Positions 20,050-37,124 of a stretch of DNA of 57,027 nt are shown one piece after another; position 1 is the stretch's first letter; each line of letters starts with the position of its first letter. The position numbers were made by a program, and so were the translations under genes. Where the stretch lies: NCBI RefSeq assembly GCF_016433145.1, contig NC_058130.1, positions 99,904,044-99,961,070 on the forward strand. Direction: 5' to 3'. The notes beneath the pieces were generated by a model. The model was not told the DNA's origin, did not search any database, and worked only from the letters and a program-made list of their open reading frames with translations. Origin of the DNA: Gracilinanus agilis (taxonomy: Eukaryota).

Positions 20050-20480
20050 ACCTCTCTCCCCATGCCGGGACACGAGACCACTCTCGGAATCGAGCCGGCC
20101 TCTCACCTCAGTTCTGCCGCCGCGGCTACCACCCCCAGTCAATCATTGCACACGACCCGCCTCCCAACCATACCGACCAATCAGGCCTCTGGCTCCAGGA
20201 CCGAGGTTGATCTCCCGGCAGGCCTGGGGATTGGTAAGCAGGCGCCTTCGAATGACGGATCAGCGTCGCTGGCGGACATGTCCTGCGCGCGCAATGATGA
20301 CGTCAGAATTTTGGGACCACAATGGTGCAGTGTCCAGGAAGGCCTGAGGTGCCTAGGAGAAGGAAGCTAGGGAACTATGGCGGCGAAAGCTGTGGCGGGA
20401 AGGATTGTGGGAAATAGAAAGGGGAGGGATTGAAGGGGAGATGTCCCGGGGGAGAGGTGGGCGGTGCTTGGAGGCTGAGC
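20050..20480 (-). promoter_or_regulatory. ATRIP: ATRIP CpG-rich promoter
   Basis: CCAAT at 20177-20181, ATTGG at 20230-20234, TTCGAA at 20247-20252, TGCGCGCGCA at 20284-20293, CRE TGACGTCA at 20298-20305, GGCGGGAA at 20394-20401; CpG cluster 400-800 nt upstream of the ATG. Confidence 0.8.
20107..20140 (-). other. ATRIP: Putative non-coding leader exon of ATRIP (5' end uncertain)
   Basis: Donor GAG|GTGAGA at 20106; polypyrimidine acceptor tttttccctccAG at 19692-19691, 44 nt before the ATG. Confidence 0.55.
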
Positions 20481-20718
20481 CTTGGGACTTGGTACCAAGG
20501 CTCCTCTTTTTCGAGCCCTGTCTCCAGACTTAACTAGGAATGGAGGGCAGGGGTGGAGGTCAGAACTGGCTATGCTCCCAGAAATGTCGCCTCCCCCAGG
20601 GACTCTAGTCCATCAGGTCCCTCGTCCTTCGCTTAGATGCAGCCTTGAGGAAGACAGTGTCCCCAGGGAGGGCCCCCGGAAACCTCGGACTTGCCAGCAC
20701 TGGTCCATTAGTAAATGC

Positions 20719-20762
20719 TTCATTCATTCATTCATTCATTCATTCATTCATTCATTCATTCA
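20719..20762. repeat. (TTCA)11 microsatellite
   Basis: Read directly. Confidence 0.95.
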
Positions 20763-21730
20763 TAGTTCCTCTGGAGGATGAATATTCGAGGATAAACATC
20801 CCTAGCAGTATACTACAGCAGTTCCTTATTCCCTCCAGTATCAAATAGAAAAACTCGTTTTGCTTTTAAAGACCCTCATAACCTAACCTGTCCTACTTTT
20901 CCAATGATTTTACCCTCCACATATTCTGTGATCCAGTGACACCAGCCTCCTTGATGTTCCTTGAACTCAATACTCTATCTACTTACCCCTAGGTATTTGC
21001 ACGTGCTGTTCTCACATAACTAGAACTCTCTACCTCATTCTTATTTGCTTCCCTGAAGCCACAGCTAAAGTTCTATCTTCTGCAAAACAAAACAACCTTT
21101 TCCAGGGCTCGTTAAGCACCTTCCCTTTGAAATTATTCCCAATTATCGCTTAGGTTACCTTATTTGCTCAATTGTGGGTCTATTGTCTCCCCCATTAAAC
21201 TATAAGCTCCTTCAAGGTAGTGACTTTTTTTTGTATTCCCAGTGCTTAGGACAGTACCAGGCTCTTTTCATAGTAGGCTCCTTCATAAAGGCTTGCTGAC
21301 TGAATGTCAAGGCCTCTGGAATAGAGTTCAAATCGAAAGTGTGAAATGACCTCAGGACAAAATGCATTAAAACTTTAGCCAGGCCTTCTTCCCAGAGTAC
21401 TCTAGTTGCCTCTCTTCAAGAGCCAGAGATTTTTGAAGCTTTAAGGCTAGTTTAGCTAGATTCCAGAATTTGGCCTTAATGATGGTCATTTTTCATTTCC
21501 AACCCATAGTACCTTGTACACAGTCACCTATTTGATGAATTTACTGGAATGAACATAACTCCAAAGAAAGAGTAGACCAATCATCTGATTTAATTTTACA
21601 TATACTGCTGTTCAAATCTGAAGCATGTCAAACAGCCTAAGAAAGATAAGTTTCATCCTAAGTGAACTATGAAAAGCTTACATGGAAAAAGGATAAGAAC
21701 ACAGGCCATCACTATGATTTTTAAAAAAAG

Positions 21731-21736
21731 TTTATT
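21731..21736 (-). terminator. TMA7: TMA7 polyadenylation signal AATAAA
   Basis: AATAAA on the minus strand about 133 nt after the stop codon. Confidence 0.8.
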
Positions 21737-21868
21737 ACAATGTACAATAGACTCATTAAGATGACAATCTTGACTGTAGGTGGCAACAGATGTTGAAGTA
21801 GGAAATGTAGATGTCACAAAGCAAGAAAGAAACCGACAGGAATCACCATCATATCTACACAGGAACGT

Positions 21869-26868
<5,000 letters not shown>

Positions 26869-26999
26869 GGTGCCTGCTGCTCAGCTTCCCCCAAGCCCCC
26901 TCGCTGCCGGAAGTGGACCCTTCGGATCCTCCCTTTCCGCCTCCATCGTCGGGCTGATTGGTTCCTAACTTGGAAATGAAGCCCCGGCTTCCGCGTCGG

Positions 27000-27074
27000 G
27001 GTCAGGGGTCATAGCCGGCTTGAGACCGGGCTACTCGGAGCCTGTAGTTACTGGTCCCAACGGCCCCACGTCAG
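27000..27074 (+). other. CCDC51: CCDC51 non-coding exon 1 (5' end approximate)
   Basis: Donor CAG|GTGAGG at 27075 within the CpG island; no ATG in the exon. Confidence 0.65.
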
Positions 27075-28059
27075 GTGAGGGGACCGGTACGGGGCAGAGG
27101 CATCCAAGCCCAAGTCCTCGGCCCGTGCGCCTTCCCATCCCAGCTTTGGGGTACTGGGTCTGGAGGGTCTCAGGCTGGTCTGAGGACTCCGGCAGAGCCC
27201 CAGGGAGAGAGGCCTTCTGTCCGCATGCTACCGCCCTCGGTTTTGCCCAGAGGCCTGGTCTGGGGAGCCCTGACTGGTCCAGAGGTGTCCTCGGTAGGCC
27301 TCCTTCCCTTACCCCAACTGCCTGTGGTGGGAGAAGCCGCTTAAGGGCATAGGGGGTCTGGAAACAGAGGAGAGGGTGAGAAGAGGGAAGGGCAATCTGG
27401 GAAGACATCCCGAGGCCTTGGGGTTGGGATGGAAGGAGTTTCTCGCCCTTAGAATAAGGTTTTTTCCTTTGGAATTCGGAGCCTTGACCAGGGATTGGTT
27501 TGTACAAGCTCGTATTATGTGAGACTAGGGGACCTAGCGTTACTCTGCATCCCTGAACCTGCAGATCATCTTGTCTACCCAATTGGGGGGGGGGGGCTTA
27601 CCCTACATTTTGTCTCTCTTGTAGAATATTCTGTCTTGAATGTAGTTTATAGGATCATAGATTTAGAACTGTTGAGTCCTCAGAGACCATGTATTCCAGT
27701 TCTCATACACAAGAGGAAACAAGTCTAAAGAAGTTTAAAAGACTTTGAAGATTACCCATTGGGTTATAGGTAGTATTTGAACCTACTTCCTTTGATTCTG
27801 CCTTCTAATTAATAGTTATTATATTATTTGTCTCTGACCTCCCTGGGAGCAAACAGGCCCTTTGATATACCTGCCTATGTGACTAAGGACAAATTACTTC
27901 TCAGTGCTCCTGCCTGTGAGCTTATCTGTATTCTTTGCTGTGATGAAACTGCCCCTCTCCCGCCAAATGTAGAGGGCAGAGCCAGGGTTATTTATCTTTG
28001 TTTCTTTCCTCCCAATGCATGCTTGATAAAGTTTAAGTACCTACTATCTTCTTAAACTG

Positions 28060-28865
28060 CCTAGTAGATATCTCAAACTGGATGTACTATTTACTCAACA
28101 TGTACAAATCTGATCTTGTCTTTTTACCCCAAAACCTTCCTACTTTCCCTATTTCTCTTGAGGGTACTACCTGCTCGAAATTGTCTCCTCATTCTCACTT
28201 GCACCCATCATCATCTAGGGCCTGAACTCTTGCAGTAGTGTGCCTCTTGGTCCCCTTGCGTCAGGTCTTTTTGAACCCTAATCCTTCAAATTGATCTTCT
28301 GAAGCATAGCTCAGACCATATCACTGTATTCAGCAATTTCCCAGAGTTTATCACTTCCAGGATCAGATGTAAAATCAGTCTTTTGTTTGACTTTCAAAGC
28401 TCCTCATAATATGGTCCTTTCCTACCTCTCCAGGCTCCTTTCACCTTAATCTCCTTGCCATAACTCTTCCATCCAGTGACATTGGCCTCCTGGCTGTTCA
28501 TTGAACTGGATACTCCCATCTTCCTACTCCAGGAATTTCCTTTAGCTGCTCCCCATACCTGAAACTCTTCCCTCCTTATTTCTACTTCCTGGCTTTCCTG
28601 GTTTCTTTCATAACTCACTTAAAGTCCTACCTTTTGCAAGAAGGCTTTCCCAGACCTTTTTAATTTTAGTGCCTTCCCTCTTGGACTATTCCTAACTTAC
28701 CCTGTATGCATCTTGATACATGTTTGCATTTATCTTCCCCATTGGACTCTGGGCTCCTAGAGGACAGGGACTGTTTTTTCAACCCTCTTTTTTTGAAACC
28801 CCAGTGCTTACTCAGCATAGTACCTGGCACAAAATAAGCACTTTAGAAATGCTAGTTGACTCTTG
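28060..28865 (+). mobile_element. L2 relic
   Basis: L2-like 3' region ending cagcatagtacctggcacaaaataagcact. Confidence 0.55.
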
Positions 28866-29389
28866 GGCAGATAAAGATGCAAATGATAAAAAATGACAAT
28901 GCTTACATTCAATGAGCTTTATACTGGGGGTAAGATATGACTCATAGACTGATATGACATATAGACGGATTTGAGGAGAGCAAAGGAAAGAACAAATTAA
29001 GCTAGTCTTATTGTAGATGCTTAATAGTCTTGTTTATAGGAAAATTGGGAGAGAACTAAGTACAAGAATGAGTAGGAATTAAGGAAGATTTCATGAATCT
29101 GAATCAAACATGATGAGGAAATAATGTGAAATAAGAGTAGAAAGATAAGTTGGAGCCAGGTTTTCTTGGGTCATGCTTGGTAAAGGAGTTTTTATTTTAT
29201 GCTAAGGGCAATTGAGAGAAAGTTTTTGAGCAGAAGAATGACAAAGTCAAATCTGTGAAGGTTGGGAGATCAATTAAAAAGTCTATTAAAATGAAAAAAA
29301 AGTCTTATTAAAATAGTCTAGGATAGAAGTGATAAGGTTAGAATTAGGCTGGTAGCCTTGTGAATGGAGGTAAAAGGACATGGATTAGA

Positions 29390-29591
29390 GGGTAGCTAGA
29401 TAGATTAGTGGATTGAGAGCCAAACCTAGAGATGAGAGGTCCTGAATTCAAACCTGGCCTCGATACTTCCTAGTTGGTTGACCATGGGCAAGTTACTTAA
29501 CCCCATTACCTAACCCTTACTGCTTTTCTGCCTTGGAACCAATGCAGTATTGATTCTATGATGGAAGGTAAGGGTTTAAAACCAAAACAAA
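29390..29591 (+). mobile_element. CORE-SINE
   Basis: Head, core and tail; TSD-like ACATGG(A/G)TTA on both sides. Confidence 0.82.
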
Positions 29592-31305
29592 ACATGGGTT
29601 ATATTGTACAGGTCAGTGAATCAATGAATTTCTTTTAAACTTGCTTTGAGGACATTCCATGATCAGTGTTGAGTATTAGGCAGTATAAAATGAGTGTTGT
29701 TCTATACATTAGTGGATCAGTTTGTGTTTTGGAGATTTTTTTCCCCATGGGCTTGTAGTTCAAAAGTATTTCAGCTAGGAAATAGGTAGGTAGAATTGGT
29801 AAAAATCAGAATCATTGTTTTCTTTGCAGGCAAGTGAATAATATTCGGGCTTGTGGAAACTTAATACCCATGTGCACTTCTGAAAAGAGAAAGGATCAAG
29901 GACATTATATATGTGTAAATAATTGTGAATCATTGCTGATTTTCCTTTTGTGAGTACTTTATTTTTTTCCTGCCTTTTGGGGGGGGGGGCTTCAATTATT
30001 TTTGATTGCCACCAGGTGTCACTGTAACAGTTTGATTTAGCTATCAGATTTTCTATTTGGACAGCAATTTGGCTGACACAACACAGAGCAATTTCATCTT
30101 CTGGCAGACTTTTAATAGATATGAGAAGATAGGACGAGATAGGGAGGAATAGAAGAAGGAACTCTGCTTGTCAAATAATGAGGAAATGTCCGTATTTGAG
30201 TAGTCCTCAACTTCTAAAAGACTGAAAAAAAGGGAAAGATTAAAGAAAATCAATCTGTTGAGCCTGACTGAGCAGTGACTAAGAATAGTGGGGGAAGGGA
30301 GAGATTAGAGAACTGAAATGTGAGATTTAGGAATCAAATAGCCTGGGAGTCCTGTGATTAAATGAAATTAAGAGGAGAAAATTGGACCAAGTACAAGAAA
30401 AAAATATTTTTCATGAAGTCCTGGTTTTCTTACATAATTGTGTCTTTGCAGGTAAAGTAGAAGTTATCTTCATGGAAACTTTATGCTTCAGCAGTCATTG
30501 AAGTTTCTTATAAAATATCTGAACCCTTAAGCAAAGAGAGCTCGCTGATTTTTTTTTGAAGAAAGGTTGGATTCTGATATGAAGGTAATTGATGAAGCTT
30601 TTTTTTTTTTTCCAGAAATGAGACCAAATCCTAGATGTTTCCTGAAATCCCATCTCAGATTTCCCCAGGGGATTTTTATGCTTCACTCTCCCTGCTGAGT
30701 TGTTGTCCCCATGTTTCCCTCCAGTTTGTGATCTTTTTTTTATAGGAGTTAAACTCTGTGCAGGCCTGGGCGTCCTTTTCCTCGGGCACAAGATTCATCC
30801 AGCTCATAATAGGGACTTAACTGTTCTTGGAGAGTAGCCAAAAGTTTTTGTAGGAAGGCATAAGCTGTGAAAACAAATAAAGTATATATATTATTTGCTG
30901 TTTTTATCCAATTAAAGACAAGTGTTGATAGAGAATAATGAAGATATAACAATAAAATTTTTAATGTATAAAATGTGTCATCCCTCTTCAGGATTAGAAA
31001 ATTATGAAGATTATTATATATATATATATATTGTCCTAAATGATCAGTTGATTGGTTTTTTTTAAATATTGGTTAATTTTTCTAAAGTTGTTTCCCCTTT
31101 TAAAATCTTTGTTATGGGAGAAGTCTTGCTGATCAGAGAAGAGGGGAAGGTTATATTCAGGACTATATGTGATTTTTTTTAAAGTATTAATAAATAAATT
31201 TTTTTGAAAAGGTGACTTGGTATAGTGCCTATTGGGCAGGCTTTGGAGTAAGAAAGACCAGCTTCAATTCCTGCCTCTGATGCATGGGCGAATCATTTAT
31301 CTCCT

Positions 31306-31497
31306 NNNNNNNNNNNNNNNNNNNNNNNNNNNNNNNNNNNNNNNNNNNNNNNNNNNNNNNNNNNNNNNNNNNNNNNNNNNNNNNNNNNNNNNNNNNNNNN
31401 NNNNNNNNNNNNNNNNNNNNNNNNNNNNNNNNNNNNNNNNNNNNNNNNNNNNNNNNNNNNNNNNNNNNNNNNNNNNNNNNNNNNNNNNNNNNNNNNN
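31306..31497. other. Assembly gap (192 N)
   Basis: N run between SINE fragments. Confidence 0.99.
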
Positions 31498-31771
31498 AGG
31501 ATAGATACCAAGTATTGGTTCTAAGATAGAAGAGCAGTAAGGGCTAGGCAATAGGGATTAAGTAAGACTTGCCCAGAGTCACACAACTACGAAGTGACTG
31601 AGGTCGGATTTGAACTCAGGTCCTCCTGACTCCAAACCTATTCAGACTATCCTGTCTCAAGAGTGAGAAATGCTGGAACTTTGGATTTGTGCTTTTTATT
31701 AGTTCTTGGCAGATGACTTCTGTGTCCCTTTTCTAGTGTTCCTCACTGCCTTGCATGAATTTTCAGGCCTA

Positions 31772-32080
31772 ATGATGGGGCATACCACCATTTTTGCGAT
31801 GCAATACATCATGAATTTGCCCCAGAAACTGGGACTGAGAAGCCAAAGAACGAAACTCCTTATCATGAGAACCTTCTACAACCCAGGTCCTATCCAACCC
31901 AAGGGGAAAGCTTCAGTAAAAACTGCCATCAAAATGTATCACAGACTCAATGAAATGGGTCAAACCTTGGGGCAGAACTTCCAGCAGAGAATATCTTCTA
32001 CAGCTAAAACTTGGTGGGACAGGTATGAGGAATTCGTTGGTATAAATGAAGTTCGAGAGGCCCAAGGGAATGTGACTGAG
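31772..32080 (+). CDS. CCDC51: CCDC51 first coding exon (103 codons)
   Basis: [11 protein letters not shown]...[24 protein letters not shown]; tttcag acceptor at 31766, GAG|GTAAAT donor. Confidence 0.95.
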
Positions 32081-35000
32081 GTAAATACTACATAGCTTAT
32101 ACAGCTAAGAATTGAGAACTCTTATCACTTTTTATACTGGGTCCTACTGTGATATGTTATTTCTGACTAACACTAGCCTCAGCACTGTTGAAACCACATC
32201 TAGCCTTTGTCTTTCCTGGCTATCAAGCATCAACTCTTTAGTACAGTGATGGCAAACCTATGACACATGTGTCACCACTGCCATTTTCGATGTCATGCGG
32301 CTGCATGTGGCCGTGTACAGAGAAGTATGGGGCCACATGCCAAGGATGAAACATTTGTTGTAGTGTAGTGTAGACACTGCACTATAGATGACAATTCTAC
32401 CTATAGTAATTTACCTATTTTGGTTTATTAAATACAGTTATATATCACAATTATACATTTTTGTTATTTAAACTATAAATATTGCGAAATTATGGTTTTT
32501 TTCTTGAAGTGACACACCACCCGAGTTATGCTCGGTTTTTTGGTGAATTTTGACACACCAAGCTCAAAAGGTTGCCCATCACTGCTTTATTACCATCATG
32601 ATAGAGATATTGAATGTGGATTTAGCCCTTCACCCAACCAAACCACTGCCATTTTCCCCTCTGAAGTCCCTGGATTTATCCTTGGGTAGGTTCAATAAAT
32701 GATTCCTCCATTATTATTAATCCAATACAGTTATTATTCACAGAAGGCACGCGACCACGAATTGGTGATATCGGTTGCATTTATAATGATTTCATAGCAC
32801 TCTGTATGTAATTAAAGAACATTTGTGAAAGGAAAAAATGAAAACCATTATGCTCTACATAGGGTGCCCCAAAAATCTTAGTTCCAGTTAAGCTTTAAGA
32901 ACTTAAGACCACATTGACAAAAGTCAAATCAATCATAATTTCAGTTTAATCATATTTCAGCCATTTCTACAATAGCAGTAAGAATGATTTATTTATAAAA
33001 CACAAGAATTTATGGTACTTTCTACACAAGTGGAAAAGTGGGTGAATATTCTGCCTTTCATTGTGTCTCATGTTTATGTGTTTATATATGTTTACATACA
33101 TGCACATATGTACATTTACACATATATAAAGACCACATCCATGTTTTGTCTTTAAGCTTCATTTAACCTTTGTTACTTAGTTCTTAAAAAGCTAAATAGA
33201 AAGCTTCCCCTCCCCTATTTGAATGAAGAAACATGAATGAGGAATAGGGGAAGAGAGGAGTAAATGGCAGATTCAGAGATAGACTGAGCCCTAGGTTCCT
33301 TCTTTTGTGATAAAGACATATGGTTTCATAAGTGACGCCATAGTGCACACAGTACTGGGCCCAGATTCAGGAAGACATGAGTTGAGATCTAGCTCTGTGA
33401 TTATGGGCAAGTCACTTAACTTCTGGCTGCCTTAATTTCCTCATCTGTATAATGGAATCATAATAGCACCTACTTGCCAGAGTTGTGAGAATCAAATGAG
33501 GTAATATTTATAAAGCATCTAGCATAATGCCAGGCATATACTAAGCACTTAATAATTGCTTATTTCCTTTCCTTATTACCTTCCCTTATAGCAGTATAGG
33601 AAGGACACCTCTGTTTGAAATTTTCCTTTTCACATCTCTGACTTCTATCAGAATAAAAATAGAAGGAAAGCAAAATATGCTAGGGCAACCAGAATACCAG
33701 TGTGTACCACTATGCAGATTATGTCCTCCCCCATTTCCAATAGTTCACTTATTTTAGGAAAGTAGTTCACTGTAGAAAGGGGGACAGATTTCACCTCTGT
33801 TTTTCTTTCAGGCAGAGAAAATGTTTATGGTGGCTCGAGGTATTGTCCGAGAGGCTAGAGAGACCTTGGAGGCTCACCAGGTCAGACTCAAAGATATTCG
33901 GGATCGTTTGGATAGAGTTTCTCGGGAAGACACCCAGTACTTGGAACTTGCAACTTTGGAACACAAATTGTTGCAGGTAGGATAACTCTGTAGGCAGCTG
34001 GGTAGCCAGAGCTACTGAGATTATAACTGGTGCAATCTAGAGCTTCCTAAGATATAAATCCTGATCCACTAATAAATCTGTTACTAGTATACACAGAAGT
34101 AGTAGATGTATTTGTCTCTGTAAATAAATTAAGTTTGAATGGTTAAACTTTACAAAAGCAATTTATTTTGTGACTTGGTCACTAACATCATCAAAGATCA
34201 TTGATAGAACTCAGAAAAGAACAGGAAGGGAATTACTGTTATAGTAAGTGCTCTTTTAGTATCCTATTGTTATTCCTTAATATATTAACATTAATGTAAT
34301 AACATTGATGGGAAGTTTTTTTTTTTTTGTTGGGAAGTTTTAACACTTTTTATTAACCAGTTAAATTCAGATACTATTTACTCTCCCCTGCTGTCTCATT
34401 CCCCATTGCCTAAAAACATACATCTGTCCAAAAAAACAAATATCCTTTATCTTGATCTTGTCAACCCCTCAAGCTATAGTATTCTTTTTTGCTAACTTCT
34501 GGAAAGAGTCTATACTTCCAGTTTGTACTTGATGAACACATCACTCTTCAGCTTTCTGTAGTCTGACTTTTCATCCTAACTGCTCCACTGAAACAGCTCT
34601 CTTTAAGGTTACCATGACTTCCTAATTGTGGCCTTTCACATTTTTCAGTCCTCATCCTCCTTATTCTTAGCATTTGACACTGGACATCATCCTCTCCTTC
34701 TGGTTATTCTTTCCTCCCTTATGCTTCTTCTCTTACTGTCTAACCTCTCTGTTTTGTTCTTCCCTGGTTTGTTGTTTCCCTATAGATGCACCACCAGACT
34801 CAGTCCTCGACCCTTTTATGCTTTCTCATATCCTTAGTAATCTTATCTACTCCTGTGGCTCCAGTTATCATCTCCTACATCTATGTATCATTCTCAGTCT
34901 TTTACCTGAGTTCCAATCCTATGTCTCTAGCTGCCTGGTAGTGAAGTACATTTTTGTACTGTGGACATTTCCCATTCATAACTGAACTCATCATTTTCCC

Positions 35001-37124
35001 CTTAAATTTGCCCTTGCTTTCCTGCTTTCTCATTTCTTTTAGTGTTACCACCATCCTCCCAGGCTTGCCTTTTCCACATCTCAGGGTCATCTTTGTTTAT
35101 TCCTTTGTCTCACTCCTCAATAACCAATCAGTTGCCAGGTCTTGCCATTTTTTACTTAAACAGTATTGTTCATATATGTTGTCTTCTCTACCCACTTTGC
35201 CACAATCCTAAATGGGGCTGTCAGTTGTAATAGCCAATCTTTCCTCTCTATTTCAAGGCTTAATCCACACAAATCTATCCATCACACAGTTTTCAAATTT
35301 GTCCATCTGCACACTAGGAACTAATATTCCTAATACATTGATTTGGTTATATTTCTAAGAACTCAAAAACTTGGGAAGTTCCTTCTGCCTATAGGAAACA
35401 AAACAGATTGCTTTAAACTGGCTTGGAAAGCCCTCCATCACACCACTTTGTGTTGTCTTTTTGACCTTATTTTGTACAATGCCAATCATGTACTTTATTT
35501 TCCATTCAAATTGGACTACTAATTGACCTTATTTATAAAATGAGGGAGGAACGTCTTCTGACATCTCTGCAGCTATGATCTGATTATCCTGATCTTGTAT
35601 TCCTACTTCTGTACATTTTTAAAGACCATCCCTTATGCTTGGCACATATTCATTCCTCTTTTCTAACTTCCTTTTGAAAATTTTTTCTTTGAAAATGTGC
35701 CCCTGGGGGTGGCTTGGGTGGCTCAGTGGATTGAGAGCCATGCCTAGAGATGGGAGGTCATGGGTTCAAATTTGGCCTTAGACACTTCCTGGCTGTGTGA
35801 ACCTGGACAAAATCATGTAATCCCCATTGTCTAGCCTTCGCCACTCTTCTACCTTGGAACTAATACACAGTATTGATTCTAAGATGGAAGGTTAGGGTTT
35901 AAAATTTTTTTTAATTAAAAAAAAAAGTAAAAAAGAAAACATGCCTCTTTCTCTATGAAACCTTCCCAGTTCCTATTCCCTTTGAAAGCAATCTCTCTTT
36001 CCTCAAATTTTCCCAGAGCACAAAGGGTCATGCCTTTGCCCTTATGACATAAACTTTGTGAAGGTAGGAATTGTGTTATTTTTCATTATTATATCCTCAG
36101 TGCCTATTATATGTAGTATCTTGATGGTAGTAGAGATTTAACAGATTTTTGTGAGGTGATTTGCATCTCCCATCTCCCTTGTAGTCCATGCTCTTGGCAC
36201 ATCTCATTCCTGCCACCTTCCCATGTATGCCCTTCCTTGATGGAGGGGAGAGGGACAAAGTTCTACATTCATAGTTTACTTCTTTAGGTTTCCATTGACA
36301 GAGACTTTGTAGTTTTTTTCTGCTTGTTTCCGTAGGAAGAGAAGAGGCTCCGAACAGTCTACATTAACGCAGAAGAGTCAGAACGAGAGAAATTTTCCCT
36401 CTTTTCTGCAGCGGTGAGAGAGAGTCACGAGAAAGAGCGAACAAGAACTGAAAAAACAAAGAACTGGTCAATCATTGGTTCTGTTCTAGGTGCTGTGATT
36501 GGTGTTGCTGGCTCAACTTATGTGAATCGTGTCCGATTGCAGGAACTGAAGTCATTGCTCCTAGAATCACAAAAGGGACCAATGAGTCTGCAAGAGGCCA
36601 TCAGAGAGCAGGCTTCTAGCCACAGTGTGCAAAACAAGAATCTCAGTGACCTTATTGAAGAATTTAGGAGCTTAATACACACTGGAATCATGTTGTCCTC
36701 TAGAACTCAAGAAGATGCTGCTTCTACTGAAGAAAGTCTCATGTCTCATAAAGATACCTCCTTACTTTCAGCCTCTCTGAAAGAACAGCTCAGCCAATCT
36801 AAGCAGGTCCGTTCATGTCTAGAGAGTTTACAAGAGCAGCTTACTGACCTGGACAAAAAATTCAGTCAAATGGTTGCAGAGGTTCAGCTTGTCAAGGCTA
36901 CAGCCCGTTCTCAGCTTATAGAGCAAGCAAACCAAGCTTCTCTAGACTCCTCAGTGGACACTGGCCAGGCCCTGGTTGCCCAAGGCATAATTCTAGAACT
37001 CTCAGATATGGAGCAGAGGTTGGAGGCCCAAGTCAATAGGAACTCTCTCTATAGCACCATGATAACTTGTACCATGTTTGCTGCTATACTGCCAGTGCTA
37101 TACATTCTCTTCAAAGCCAACTAA
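31772..37124 (+). CDS. CCDC51: Coiled-coil domain-containing 51 / MITOK (mitochondrial K-ATP channel subunit), 420 aa
   Basis: join(31772-32080,33812-33976,36336-37124). Acceptors at 31766, 33811 and 36335; donors at 32081 and 33977. Motifs [57 protein letters not shown] and [11 protein letters not shown] match recalled human CCDC51; two hydrophobic TM segments. Confidence 0.97.
32244..32584. mobile_element. Non-autonomous hAT element (hAT1/nhAT1-like), 341 bp
   Basis: TIRs CAGTGATGGCAAACCT and AGGTTGCCCATCACTG (14/16 complementary); 8-bp TSD CTTTAGTA/CTTTATTA. Confidence 0.9.
33330..33560 (+). mobile_element. MIR
   Basis: Core gggcaagtcacttaac...cctcatctgtataatgg...atcaaatgag. Confidence 0.75.
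33812..33976 (+). CDS. CCDC51: CCDC51 second coding exon (55 codons)
   Basis: [55 protein letters not shown]; not in the ORF track. Confidence 0.96.
34370..35560 (+). mobile_element. L2 relic
   Basis: Degraded pyrimidine-rich L2 ORF2 text (actgaaacagctctctttaaggttacc..., ttgacactggacatcatcc); boundaries approximate. Confidence 0.55.
35704..35935 (+). mobile_element. CORE-SINE
   Basis: Head, core, tail and poly-A. Confidence 0.85.
36336..37124 (+). CDS. CCDC51: CCDC51 terminal coding exon (262 aa + TAA)
   Basis: [27 protein letters not shown] continues into ORF 36414..37124, ending [11 protein letters not shown]. Confidence 0.97.
   Translation, partial: EEKRLRTVYINAEESEREKFSLFSAAVRESHEKERTRTEKTKNWSIIGSVLGAVIGVAGSTYVNRVRLQELKSLLLESQKGPMSLQEAIREQASSHSVQNKNLSDLIEEFRSLIHTGIMLSSRTQEDAASTEESLMSHKDTSLLSASLKEQLSQSKQVRSCLESLQEQLTDLDKKFSQMVAEVQLVKATARSQLIEQANQASLDSSVDTGQALVAQGIILELSDMEQRLEAQVNRNSLYSTMITCTMFAAILPVLYILFKAN

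Noticed and set aside
19681-20370. 229-aa Pro/Ser-rich plus-strand ORF
   Set aside because: By-product of the C-rich low-complexity strand, antisense to the ATRIP leader; the same applies to the GC-island ORFs near 27031-27582 and 52948-54172.
31232-31551. ORFs spanning N runs (also 40072-40616)
   Set aside because: Artefacts of assembly gaps.
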